From Eledone cirrhosa (Eukaryota), in NCBI GenBank assembly GCA_964016885.1, contig OZ024757.1, positions 32,736,001 through 32,800,000 of the forward strand: 64,000 nucleotides of DNA. Direction: 5' to 3'. Each line of letters starts with the position of its first letter. Position 1 is the stretch's first letter. Positions 1 through 11,712 of the stretch are shown here, one piece after another. Below the pieces are notes generated by a model. The model did not search any database. It was not told the origin of the DNA and worked only from the letters and a program-made list of their open reading frames with translations. Both the position numbers and the translations under genes were made by a program.

Positions 1-514
1 TGATCAAACCGCCACCCTCCTTCAAAAACGAAGGAGAGGCGGTTTTCCTTTGTGTGATAGCTATGGCGAAAGAGGTTGTATGGTGGACAAGGTTGAAAGG
101 GCTGAGGTCAGACACCTTTCTCTCCGGCCAACAACTGATTCTTTTTTTCAAATACCACTTTGGAAGAAGAATCAGGATGGAGAGAGAGGTGCTGTACCCC
201 AGCAAGTTTTATGAAAGGTGGGTGAAAGTGGCGAGAATGGCCCGAGTGAATGGGCCTTCTCTCTATATCAGCCTGTAGGTTGAGGAAAAGGAGGAGGAGA
301 GGAAAGGAGTACAAGCTCTTCGTACTCCTGGAGATGAGGGTTGCACATTTTTTTCGGGGGTCTGTGTTACCCATATAAACTGTCTCCCTCTATTGGGGAA
401 AATCGACTAACTTTTAAATTCCATCTGTGATAACATTTTACACGTTTTTATTGTATGTAAACTTCCCCCTTTGTATTTGTCCCCTTCTTTTGTGCCCCTG
501 TGGCTAATAAAGAA
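1..514 (+). mobile_element. 3' end of an L1/Tx1-like LINE (ORF2 C-terminus + 3' UTR), truncated by window edge
   Basis: Frame ending at 278 reads ...VIAMAKEVVWWTRLK...FYERWVKV, resembling the L1/Tx1 ORF2 C-terminal region. It is followed by a pyrimidine-rich UTR, AATAAA at ~505 and then (TATC)n. Family assigned from recall. Confidence 0.55.
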
Positions 515-772
515 ATATATCTATCTCTGTCTATCTACTTACCTACAAATCGCTATCTATCTACATACCCACACATCTATTTGACCATCTGTCTACATAC
601 CTACCTGTATGTCTATCTATATATCTAACTACCTACATACCTGTCTATCTATATATCTATCTGCCTCTCTGTATCTCTCTCTCTATCTACTTACCTACCT
701 ATATATGTATCTGTCTAACTACCTAAATATCTGTCTGTCTATCTATCTGCCTATATATCTATATGTATCTAT
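515..772. repeat. Degenerate (TATC/TACC/TGTC)n microsatellite
   Basis: Directly visible tetranucleotide repeats. Confidence 0.9.
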
Positions 773-1182
773 TCAAATGTTCTAATTGTTTACCCTTCAA
801 TTACCAACCAACCAGCATAAGCCGTCAACTAGTAATAACCAAACATCTATTGTGAGTTAAAAAATTATATTTTAAATAACATCTTGTTATTTTGTTAAAT
901 ATCTTTTGATACTAACCTAACCAAGACCACCTCTGGTATTATGAAATCAAACCACCCTTTTTAAAAAGTTCCCATTTAAATTAAAATAAAACAAGGGTTT
1001 TAAGGTCATTTTCCCTGCCAAAGCCGATGACAAGCTTTGTACCCATCTTCGTTCCTTTTTAAGGCAATGTTGTCTTTTACAGCAGAGTGCCTTTCCTGGT
1101 ATCAACTCTTTTAGTCACCTTTTATCTAGCTCTCATTTTCCTTACACATCACGTGTCCATACCAGCACAATTGGCTGTGCTG

Positions 1183-1230
<48 letters not shown>

Positions 1231-1292
1231 TATGTATATTTATATATATATATGTCTGTGTGTATGTATGTAAAGTAGAGGTGTGACTTACA

Positions 1293-1492
1293 TATGAGTG
1301 TTGGCTGAAAAGTTCATAGTTTGACCAAGACACTCATGGAATGACCAAATGAGGTTTATTTTTCAACATAAGTCCTGAAAAAAAACAATGCAGTTATTAA
1401 TTAGAAAAGTTGAAATCGATGCATACAAGATTTCACAGCTCTAGCATCACTGCTTCATCGTCAACCTATGAACTTTTCATCTGTCCCTTGTA
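1293..1492. mobile_element. Mariner-like MITE (~200 bp)
   Basis: Imperfect TIRs tatgagtgttggctgaaaagttcatagtttgac / gtcaacctatgaacttttcatctgtcccttgta with TA at both ends. Confidence 0.65.
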
Positions 1493-2347
1493 TGTATTGT
1501 TATTTGTTTAAATTAACATTTTGAAATTAAAAGTAAAAGAAAAAAGATGGCATTTACATAAACAACAAAAAGATGACATTTATATAAACAACAAAAAGAT
1601 GACATATAAACAACAAAAAGATGACATTTATAAGCAATAAAAAGATAACATTTATATATTTTATTTTAAAATTATTTTTTGGTGAAATGTTTCATTAATA
1701 CAGAGAGCCGGTAGATTTTTAGATCGTTTTAATTATTGCTGATTAATATATCTGTTTTTTGTTTGCTTGTATTGGTTGGTGGGTCTTCTCTACTACAACA
1801 ATACTCCACCAGTCTTCTTTGGTCTTCCTCTTCCACACCTTCCTTCCACTTGTCTCTTACTTTTGTCAATTCCTTTGTGAAGTCAGCTTTCATCACATCT
1901 GTCAGAGTCAACCCTGGCTTCCTTCTATCACCAACTTCTTTACAGAGTGTACTAAGTGTATTTTATCATGACACCTGCACCTGTTCTTGACACAACTGAA
2001 AGATCCTCTCAATCCTTTGTTTGACAATTCTACAGCTTGGATGCTCTTCCTAACTCCCAACTTAATGAGAAATTTAGTTATATTGCTAAATCCTTGATTA
2101 TTTTCAATTTGAATGTTCAGAGTTGCTGAAGCATGGAACAAACTACCTACATCAGTTGTTAGCTGTTGGGACACTGCATCCTTCAAAACTTCCATGCTTC
2201 CTGAAATTTGCCAACACTACACCTGATATTCACCCTCCATATACAAGTATGCATGTGTGTGTGTGTCTGTGTGTATTATGACTCATACACTTTATTTTCC
2301 TGACTTTTGTACATGGTGTCCGACTCTCTACCGATACTGCCAATCCA

Positions 2348-2790
2348 GGGTGGTGGATTGGCAGTATCGGTAGAGTCGGACACCATGCTTTGCAGCATAG
2401 TCACGGCCCTTTACGCTCTGAGTTGAAATCCCACCCAGGGTAACTTTACCTTTCATCCTTACGGGGATTGATAAAATAAAGTACCAGCACTGGGATAATT
2501 GCTGGGGTTGTGCCAAAAGTAGAAACAATTATTCTATGTACCATACATACACCTTCAATGAGTTGTAGTGCACCTGAGCACTGTACACAATAATTTTCAT
2601 TATTATTATTCAGTATCGGTAGAGGGTCAGACGCCATGCTTTGCAGCACAGTTACGTCCCTTTACGAAATGAGTTCAAATCCCGCCGAGATTAACTTTGC
2701 CTTTCATCCTTATGGGGTCGATAAAATAAAGTACCAGTAATGTACTGGGTAATTGCTGGCCTTGTGCCAAAAGTAGAAACAATTATTATT
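2348..2790 (+). mobile_element. Two tandem copies of tRNA-derived SINE family A (central GCCTTTCATCCTT..GGGGTCGATAAAATAAAGTACCAG domain, Nin/Deu-like)
   Basis: A-box-like TGGCAGTATCGG, B-box GTTCAAATCC, conserved central domain, (ATT)n tail. Other copies at ~5936-6095(-), 12118-12290, 14827-15450, 19941-20122, 21148-21500, 26484-26695, 42962-43096(-), 49465-49657(-), 59460-59650, 59798-60073(-). Confidence 0.8.
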
Positions 2791-4039
2791 ATATAAAACG
2801 AAAGTCAGTGTTTTTCAAAAGCAATATGGTAATGAAAAATTAATGAAATAAATCATTACATATATCATGATAGCAGTATTTCAAAAATAATGAAAACCTA
2901 CTGACTCTATGTATTAATTTTATTTTTATTAGTTGTGGGAAATGATTTTAAAAATATTTATGAAACAACAAAAATATCATTGGTTCAAATAATTTTTTTT
3001 ATCATTTCTCATGCTGAAATAATTCATAAACACAGGTATGGACGTGTATAAGGTTATCTATATTTTTATGTTCATTTTTTTTTGATAGTATGGGTTAGAC
3101 AAGGTTACTTGAGGCAGCCAAATGCTTTGCTTGGCACTAAACCTAGATTTTTAACTAGAGTTTTTACGCTCACATTTCAATAATAGCTTAGGTTAGGCTA
3201 GCCTACTTGAGGCAGTATTCCAGTCAGATGCCCTTCCTGCTTATAAGTGTGTGTATATATAGGGTGGTCATGGCACATTCTGTTGTACTACCAACACAAC
3301 CACTTTACAGGGTGGACTAGGTGCTTTCTGTTGAGTCACCAACATGGCCATCTACATATTGGACTGGGTGCTTAATTGTCATGTCATCAACACGACCACC
3401 TTACAGGGAGTGTTAGTGTATGTATATAAATATATTTATTGCGTCTAAACCCATGCTAGCGTGGAAGATAGACGTTAAACGATGATGATGAATTGTGCAC
3501 TAAGCAGCCAAATTATATCGGTACATATACAATATAGAGTTTAACCTAGACTTCATAAATGTGTATATAAATTTACACATTGAGTATATAGAGATATAAA
3601 CATGTCTAATTTATGTATTCTCCTGTCAGTTAAAAGAAATCCTGAATATCCTTAATTGATTTTCTACCATTATTGGGGTCTCACTAGAAGATATGTACAC
3701 TCATTTCAGTGATATATTTAATACGGTTTATAAGCCCTTCAGTTGCATATTACCTTATAGATGTTTAGCTGATGTAGATATCTTAAACTTTATGGCTGTT
3801 AAGTGAACAACTTAATCACATAGCCATGCCTGTATTTATGAATAAAAATTTTTTTTAACAAAATCGAACCATGACCCTCCAACATTTATACGGTATGTAT
3901 ATATATTCCTGCAACACCATCATGAGGAGGACAGCTCAACACTTTGATCAGGGGTCTGGATTTCCTCTCGATCACATTGCAAGTAAGTGGAAACTTTTTT
4001 TTTCGAAAGAAATGTTATCCTGTAAAAAACATTTTCTTT

Positions 4040-4215
4040 CACCCTCGCATCGCGTTGCTGTATTCTGATTAGTCGATTCTACTTTCAATTTCGCCTCGCG
4101 TCATATATGATTGACCAATAGCTACTTTGCGCATTTGTGCAACACATTGACACGTGATTGGTTGAGTTTTTTTGTTTTTTTTTCGTTTTTGTTCGTTCCG
4201 CGTCAAATAAGTTAT
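4040..4215. promoter_or_regulatory. Candidate CpG-rich promoter
   Basis: Local CpG cluster with CCAAT boxes in both orientations (gaccaatag ~4113, gattggtt ~4156), TGCGCA (~4128), CACGTG (~4151) and two CGCGTCA half-CRE sites. Target gene not established. Confidence 0.45.
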
Positions 4216-4602
4216 ATATACACAAACGTTATTTTTTTTTTTTAACCAAAGCTAAATATCTACAGGCCTGGAGAGGAATGGGTTCCACCAGGCTTAAAAT
4301 GCCCAAGAAATGCTGTATGTCAATATGGCGGTCCTACGACTCTATCAGGAATTACGGGACCATACCATACCAAATATATATATATATATAATCATCATTA
4401 ACATAAACTTTTTTACATTCGTTTTTTCATGGTTGCATCAGTTGAACAAGTCTTTTATCAAAACAGCTTCTCTCCCTCCTCTCATTGCATTCTTTTGTTG
4501 TCTCTGTGTTTCCAAGGATACTAACAAAAATAACTAAGTTGAAATAAAGAGAAGAAAGTGAATAATTAGAAGAAAGAACAAGATTTTTTTTAAATAATGA
4601 AA

Positions 4603-4813
4603 TGAACCCTTTAGTATTTGCGTTACTCTATATATACTATTGTAATTTTGTGGTAAACGCTTTATCTCACATCAAATCTATGAGATTTTGATGTTCTTCA
4701 TTTTGGGAACAATACTTTAACATCAGTATGAGCAGCTGGTTATGGTCAGTTTGAATATAAAGAGGTGAGAGAATTCTGGCCGGATAAAGCCAGTTTAAAT
4801 GCTAATGGGTTAA
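4603..4813. mobile_element. piggyBac-like MITE (~210 bp)
   Basis: TIR CCCTTTAGCATTTA with TTAA flanks, best preserved in other copies: 19422-19647, 22748-22967, 24423-24513 (internally deleted), 27924-28084, 32100-32292, ~49740-49832, 57763-57978. Confidence 0.75.
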
Positions 4814-5399
4814 AGAAAATATACCTGTGAATTATGGTAAACAAATGGCAGGGGAAGTCCTTGTATTATCTGCACAGGTTCAGAGTCTAATGAACCAACA
4901 TAGACCACTAACATTCACACCATTTCATCCATCTAAAGTCTGTCTCAAGCCAGAAGGCTCATCAGGTTGGTGCTTATCTTGGTTTCTGTAGCATGAAGCA
5001 ACTGAGAATACAACACTCCCCACTAGAGAGAATGCCAGTCTATCACAGGGGTAAAGTCCCAGCTATTGCAAGCACTCATTTTCAGTTGAGTGTTGGAGCA
5101 ACATGAAATGAGGTGTTTTTGCCCAAGAACACAACACAACCCAAGTCTAGGAATTGAATCCACAGCATTATGATCGTAAATCCCATACCTTTACCACTAG
5201 GCCACGTGCTTCCACTATTTCATCCATAGTAAAGGTTTAAAAAAGGAGAACGTGCTAATACCACAAGATTAGTGTTGGAAATAGCTATGGTTCTGCCTAA
5301 AATGTACCAGGACATCAATAGATGATTGACAAGGATTTCGTCAATCTGCTTTGTGTCTTTTATAGTCATGTTGAATAATACCAAGATGGCCACTTTGAT

Positions 5400-5580
5400 G
5401 AACATTGTGGTTATAGGTACAAGACTCCTATAGTTCTGTGATGCAAATGACTCAACCATTTGCAATACTAACTTCAAGAAACCAGCCAGCCATTTAATCA
5501 CCTACCAATCAGGCAAACACGCAATACAGATTGACTTCATTCTCATTTTTTCAAAAATGAGAGATCGCTCTCTGATCAAT
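5400..5580 (+). mobile_element. RTE-type LINE AP-endonuclease remnant
   Basis: Translates ...ICNTNFKKPASHLITYQSGKHAIQIDFIL, typical of the APE domain C-terminal motifs. Confidence 0.6.
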
Positions 5581-6354
5581 CTACAAGTTCCCAGACCTCA
5601 TTTGCTTGCCGAGTGGAGTGGACCTCGTCAAATCGGACCAAGGAAACAAAGTTTCCATTGGTGATATTATCTACTGATTGCAACTCCTAGCAGAAAGAGC
5701 AACATGAAATAAAGTGTCTTGTTCAATGACAATGCATCACTCGGTCCAATTGAGAAACCAACTCTCTAACCACGAAACCACAGGCCTTTACAAATGAGAG
5801 ATAGACAGATGATTATGAAGAATTGGTTTTTGTCCAGAGAAAAATGCAGCAACCAACGAAAGCTAGTTACGAGTTGCAACTTCAGTTCTATGTGTGTGTG
5901 TGTGTGTGTGTCTCTCTCTTTCTCTATATATATATAATTGTTTCTACGTTAGGCACAAGGCCAGCAAATACCCAGTACATTACTGGTACTTTATTTTATC
6001 GACCCCGTAAGGATGAAAGGCTAAGTTAACCTCGGCGGGATTTGAACTCAGACTGGCAAGGGCCGTAACTCTTTGCGTCAAGGCATGGCGTCCGAATGAC
6101 AGTTATATCCAGTGGTGAACCACCAAATTTAAATAAATATATATATATAGGATAAGTTATTGTTATAGGAAATCCAGTTAGAGGTTGTGAGTACTTGAAA
6201 TAAAGCCCCTTGTTTTACAGCCGACCATGTTATTCTTCAATCTTTCACTATATATATATATATATTAAAATAACAGATTAAAGTTTAAGTAAAGAATCGC
6301 TGCTTTCACCCGTAACGGGAATCTTTTGATTTTAGTCTTCAAATTTATTATTAT

Positions 6355-6392
<38 letters not shown>

Positions 6393-6432
6393 GAAAACGA
6401 AAAATCAGTGATGCAGCGGAACTCAATTTATT

Positions 6433-6520
6433 GTGTTACAATTGTTTCCCCGGTGAACAGCTCGAGGTGCGATCCGTGTGTGTATCTACCTGACTCTAGA
6501 CTCGCAGGTTCCTCGGACAC
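6433..6520 (-). ncRNA. Type I hammerhead-ribozyme-like motif (CCGAGGA variant), probably in a Penelope-like terminus
   Basis: Minus strand reads GUGU-CCGAGGA-[61-nt domain II]-GAAAC-AAUU-GUA-ACAC. Stem I GUGU/ACAC; palindromic stem-loop III ACAAUUGU. Confidence 0.5.
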
Positions 6521-7249
6521 GTTTATTGATTTCGGATCATCTTAGCTGCCATTAGACATATATAGTGAAAACTGGAACGGGAACAAAAACAGAGGCAGTA
6601 CAAACAAAGGTTTATTAGTTTCACGCTCTTGAGAGGGGGGGAGGCGTAACTTAACAGTTCGACAAAATCGAAACAGGTAAAATAAGTGCCAGACTTGAAA
6701 AAAAAATTGATTGAATTGATGCGATTGACTAAATAAAGATGTCCCAGCATGGTCGTAAACCGAATGGGTGAAACTAGTAAATGAAACCGTTGAACCAAAG
6801 AAAACAGGGGAGATAATTCTAAAACCCTGTAGAAAAAACCGGATATAAGTTTGCCAATGTGCAAGAAGCCTTTCTATATCTTAGTCAAGGTAAATATTTA
6901 TTCTTACACACGATTTACTCTTTCAATACTTAAAGATGAAGAAATTTAATATATATCCCTTAATTTCTATTGTTTTATTTTTTTTTTCTGACATTCTGAT
7001 AACTTTTACGTGTTTTATTTTAAATATCCTTCTTAAAGTTTTTAATGTAATTTATCCCCACCACGCTTCTCTCTATACCTGTCTTTTTATTCAACTTCTT
7101 TAGTCACACTTCTTCGCCCCTAAGCCCCTAGTATTATAATCTTCCATTTAAACTTCCAATCACTCTCTGTAAATATTACGCGAATCAACGTCTCGACTTA
7201 ATCTCTTGGATTATGTATAAATATCGCCATTTACAGTCTTATAAACACA

Positions 7250-7330
<81 letters not shown>

Positions 7331-7333
<3 letters not shown>

Positions 7334-7410
7334 TGTGTACCCCAAAAAATGTATACATACTTCAACAGCATTCTAATAAAAGTGTGTATACATTTTTAGG
7401 GGACACCCTG
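7331..7410. mobile_element. Tiny Tc1/mariner-like MITE (~80 bp)
   Basis: TIR consensus CAGGGTGTCCC(C)AAAAAATGTATACAC, embedded in TA/CA repeats. Copies at 16149-16225, 30293-30473 (longer) and 42786-42864. Confidence 0.75.
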
Positions 7411-7919
7411 TGTGTGTGTGTTTAAAATACCGTATTTAAAATATTCATTAACTGAATAGAGCAGTCAGCGGTAGTCTGGTGACCTCTAAACAGGTAGATT
7501 TGATATTCTGGTGGTGAGATGTCATAGACCTTTTAAATAACTGTAAGTTACTCTTCTATTATATTCAAGTTCTTTTGAATTTCATTGAGTTCAACGTAGA
7601 CCGCACGATCACCTTGTGGCTCAGTCGCCGCTCCGTTAAAAAAGTTTAAAGTTAAGTTGTGTTTGTTAAGCTTAATTTCAGCTTGGATCGAACAGAACCT
7701 GACCATCACGTCTTTTCGACAAGCATTGACAACATTATCTGACTTGGTACTAGCTTCGGTTGCTAAAATTGTTAAGTTAAATTGGGATTGAAGCGAAACA
7801 AAAACGGGAAAATGTCGAAATACTTTCATCATTGTATGTACTTATGTCAACAATAAATTCACCATGCTGGAATATAGTTGACTAAAAGTTTGGTCCTGTG
7901 TCATATATAAAATTATAAA

Positions 7920-8298
7920 TAATGAAAATTGTGTACAGTGCTCAGATGCATTACAACTCATCGTAAGTGCATGTATAGTACATAGAATAATGTACAAATG
8001 TCAGGATATACACAGATAAATGCGTGCATGTGCGTTGGCGAATTTCGGGAAGAATGGAAATGTTGAAGGATGCAGTGTCCCGATAGCTAACAACTGATGC
8101 AGGTAGTTTGTTCCATGTTTCAGCAACTGAAAAAAATGTTCCGAAAGTCATGGGAGCTGTGCTGTTTTCTGATTTTGTAAGCATGTCCATGGGTGTTAGA
8201 CACATGGAATTCAAAAAGGTGCTCGGGGTTGTTGTTGGAAAGATGGTTAATAATTTTGTGCGTATCTACCAAGTCAGCTGCCAGATGTAGGAGCTTTA
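7920..8298 (-). mobile_element. CR1/L2-like LINE 3' fragment
   Basis: Near match to the 3' end of the element at 43100-44112. Further copies at ~2115-2310, 23985-24255, 29590-29930, 45725-46370, 46790-46980. Confidence 0.8.
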
Positions 8299-8527
8299 AA
8301 GTTGGGAAGTTTTAATTTAAGCAGGAAACAATTAAAATAGATGATTTGTTTTTTTTAATAGCAGAGGCAATTTGGACAGGCTGGTATCAAAATAGTTAAC
8401 CAGTTCCAGTTGTAAACTGGACTGAGGTGAAGTAGAAGTTAAATTGTGTAGAACAAACCTGATGCTATACGTGTGTGAGACGGTCCTACTGATCATCATG
8501 ACTGCTATGATGCTGATGCTGTAGAAT

Positions 8528-8701
8528 CAGAAGTTCTCAAACTTTTGGGGCCACCGCCCCCCTCACGCTAATTGTAAATAATATATAATAAATAAAATCG
8601 TTAATTTATTTATAAATAAATAATATATACTATGTATCATTTGATATATCATCTCTACAGCCCCATACTCCCCAGTGCCCCCCAGGGTGTGAGAACAAAT
8701 G
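8528..8701. mobile_element. hAT-like MITE remnant
   Basis: Ends cagaagttctcaaactttt ... gtgagaacaaatg resemble hAT/Charlie TIRs. Confidence 0.45.
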
Positions 8702-8829
8702 CTGTAGATGATCATTATCATCATTGTTAATAGCTTGGTTTAGACGGATCATCACAGACCAAGTCGAAGCTACTGACCTCTTCTATGGGCCGTGAGCCTA
8801 CATCTTATATACATTCTTGCACTCTATCA

Positions 8830-9085
8830 GGTGTTAGGATTACATACTATGGGCATGTGGTTAGAATATCTCAGGAAAGAATCGCTGTGCTGGACAGATT
8901 TTAAAGGCAAAACCAACTGGCAGGAGACCCAGGGGTAGACCCCAAGCAAGATGGTTGGATAACATCCATGTGCTTGGCTGGTCATGCTTAGGGAGACAGT
9001 TGCTTCTGACATGCCCCACTGGAAGGAATGTTTGAGGACTCTGCCCCCATGACCCTCTCGGGTATAAGTGAGCGAAGAAGAGAAG
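8830..9085 (+). mobile_element. RTE LINE C-terminal remnant
   Basis: Translates GHVVR...TGRRPRGRPQARWLDNI. Confidence 0.6.
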
Positions 9086-9160
9086 ATGGTGGTGATAGTG
9101 ATGAAAATAATTTCACTATTGTTTACATACCCATGTATTTATACCAGATAAACCCGAGAG

Positions 9161-9262
9161 ATGTTGTGGACCAGACTCTTTGCTCGCAGCACGACTGCCA
9201 AACGTTTTCCCTGGAAATATGTGATGTCCTATGCCTTTACTTCCTTCACACTTCAGGCTCAG
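9161..9262 (+). CDS. HINT2: HINT2-like gene, coding exon 1 (mitochondrial-type presequence)
   Basis: MLWTRLFARSTTAKRFPWKYVMSYAFTSFTLQAQ is Arg/Ser/Thr-rich with no acidic residues. In-frame TAA just upstream; acceptor AG at 9146-9147; donor CAG|GTAAAT; phase 0 joins the next exon. Confidence 0.75.
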
Positions 9263-9321
9263 GTAAATTCTACTTTGTTTTGTTCTTTATGTTGTTGATT
9301 GTCATCTGTCTGTAAATTTGA

Positions 9322-9354
<33 letters not shown>

Positions 9355-9813
9355 CAACATGGCGCCCTTATGAGTTACAAGTCCATACTGAAGTCTTGTT
9401 TTGACTCCGGGGGCTCATCGGGCTGGTGTTTACCCTGGTTTTCACAGCATTAAACAACTGAGAGTCTATAAGACTCCCCCCCCCCCTGGTCAGGATGCCA
9501 TTCTATTGTAGGGTTAAACCCCCAGCTATTGCTGGTACTCATGTTCAGCTGAATATATGGGAGCAACATGAAATGATATGGTTTGCTCAAGAACACAACT
9601 CAGTCCAGTTGTCAAACCCACAACATTATGATTGTTAGCCCAACACACCTCCACACTGGTCCATACATACATACATAAAGGTAACTTGTCAATGTCTTTA
9701 CAGAAGTTGTATATCATTCCATTTCTACTAATTTCAAATGGGATTCTGGGCACATTACCTAACTGCCGGAATGTTTTTATTTAACATAAAAATTAGTTTA
9801 ATTTGTTATCAAT

Positions 9814-10128
9814 GGAAGCACATGGCTTAGTGGTTAGAGCATTGGCCTTGCAATCAAAAGGTTGTGAGTTCAATTCTCAGACCGGGTGATGTGTTGTTTC
9901 CTTGAGCAAGACACTTTATTTCACATTGCTTTAGTTTACTCAGCTCTAGAAATGAGATGATAGGGACTGGGGTCCCTATCATTCCACAGCAAAAAATCAC
10001 CCAGCACTCACTGTAAATGAGGTTGGTGTTAGGAAGGGCATCCAGCTGTAGAAATCAAGCCAGAATCAGTTCCCGTCCCATCCTTGCAAGCAGGGAAAAG
10101 TGGACGTAAAATGAAGATGATGATGATC
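9814..10128 (+). mobile_element. tRNA-derived SINE family B (CORE-like domain) fused to RTE-like 3' tail
   Basis: A box TGGCTTAGTGG, B box GTTCAATTC, CCTTGAGCAAGACACTT CORE-like block, then GTTAGGAAGGGCATCCAGCTGTAG ... (GAT)n tail. Near-identical copy at 38959-39304. Related copies at ~4940-5215(-), 5575-5790(-), 9410-9660(-), 10250-10570, 23740-23980, 30550-30728(-), 37723-37980. Confidence 0.75.
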
Positions 10129-10904
10129 TTCTTCTCAACTTACTTTTGTATGATCACCATGATGTGATATGTTTTCCATACTAGCATGGGTTGAACGGGT
10201 TGTTCTGAATAACATTATAATATATTTAGTATTGATATATCAATTAGTGAAGGTGCATAGTTTAGTGGTTAGAACATTGGGCTTCCAATTTGATTCCTAG
10301 TCCAGGCAATGCATTGTGTTCTTGAGCAAGGCACTTTATTTCACGTTGCCCCAATTCACTCAGCTGTAGAAATGAGTTGCTATGTCACTGGTGCCAAGCT
10401 ATATCAGCCATTGCCTTTCCCTTGGACAACATCAATGGTGTGGAGAGGGGTGACTGGTATGCATGGGGGACTCCTGGTCTTCCAAAAACACCTTGGCCAG
10501 ACTTATCCTCAGAAGAGAAACTGTCTAGGTACAAATCCCATGGTCATTCCTGACTGAAGGGGTCTCTATATCAATTATGTGCTATCTGCTTATCTCTCTC
10601 TCTCTGCTAAAGTTCAGTTAAGCTATCTGTCACCTATCTTAACCCTTTCATTACCATATTTTATAATGTAAAACTGCCTATAATTTTGGAAATAATCAAG
10701 AATTTGAAGGGATTTAGTAACGAAAAGTTCTTACATACAATTATGATAGATATTTTTTGTTAAATCTAAACACTTTCAAAGAAACAGTGTTGTAGCTTAC
10801 AACCAGGATCAGTTTCAGACAATTTAGTATCACTAAGGTTAAATCAGCGATACAGCTCATGCTGTAAAGTGGTAGTACTAGTGTCACGATAAATGTATAG
10901 AGTC

Positions 10905-11712
10905 TACTCTGTAAACTGGTAGAGCTGGTACCATGGTAAATGTAGCCAGCCCACACTGTAAAGTGGTAGGGCTGGTGCCATGATAAATGCACCCAGCCCA
11001 CTCTGTAAAGTGGTAGAGCTGGTGCCATGATAAATGCAGCCAGCCCACTCTGTAAAGTGGTAGGGCTGGTGCCATGATAAATGTAGCCAGCCCACTCTGT
11101 AAAGTGGTAGGGCTGGTGCCATGATAAATGTAGCCAGCCCACTCTGTAAAGTGGTAGAGCTGGTGCCATGATAAATGTAGCCAGCCCACTCTGTAAAGTG
11201 GTAGAGCTGGTGCCATGATAAATGTAGCCAGCCCACTCTGTAAAGTGGTAGAGCTGGTGCCATGATAAATGTAGCCAGCCCACTCTGTAAAGTGGTAGAG
11301 CTGGTGCCATGATAAATGCACCCATCCCACTCTGTAAAGTGGTAGGGCTGGTGCCATGATAAATGCACCCAGCCCACTCTGTAAAGTGGTAGAGCTGGTA
11401 CCATGATAAATGCACCCAGCCCACTCTGTAAAGTGGTAGAGCTGGTGCCATGATAAATGTAGCCAGCCCACTCTGTAAAGTGGTAGAGCTGGTGCCATGA
11501 TAAATGTAGCCAGCCCACTCTGTAAAGTGGTAGAGCTGGTGCCAAGATAAATGCACCCATCCCACTCTGTAAAGTGGTAGGGCTGGTGCCATGATAAATG
11601 TAGCCAGCCCACTGTAAAGTGGTAGAGCTGGTGCCAAGATAAATGTAGCCAGCCCACTGTAAAGTGGTAGAGCTGGTGCCAAGATAAATGTAGCCAGCCC
11701 ACTCTGTAAAGT
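10905..11712. repeat. 47-bp minisatellite, ~17 copies, in a HINT2 intron
   Basis: Unit gtaaagtggtagagctggtgccatgataaatgtagccagcccactct repeated head-to-tail with no spacers. Confidence 0.95.

Noticed and set aside
1729-2100. Apparent exon-like minus-strand ORF
   Set aside because: An alternative frame gives VEGRCGRGRPKKT, an RTE LINE remnant rather than a host exon.
6870-7245. Possible degenerate Penelope ORF remnant beside the 6.5-kb hammerhead-like motif
   Set aside because: Only vague similarity across stops and frameshifts; cannot be supported without a TBLASTN/HMM search.
7548-7832. 94-aa minus-strand ORF sharing VMVRFC with the minus strand at ~3858-3878 via synonymous differences
   Set aside because: No recognisable domain, only 6 codons match and the second site stops immediately; treated as coincidence.
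9814-9890. tRNA gene calls for SINE heads
   Set aside because: A and B boxes are present but there is no complete cloverleaf, and each continues into a SINE body; classed as SINEs.
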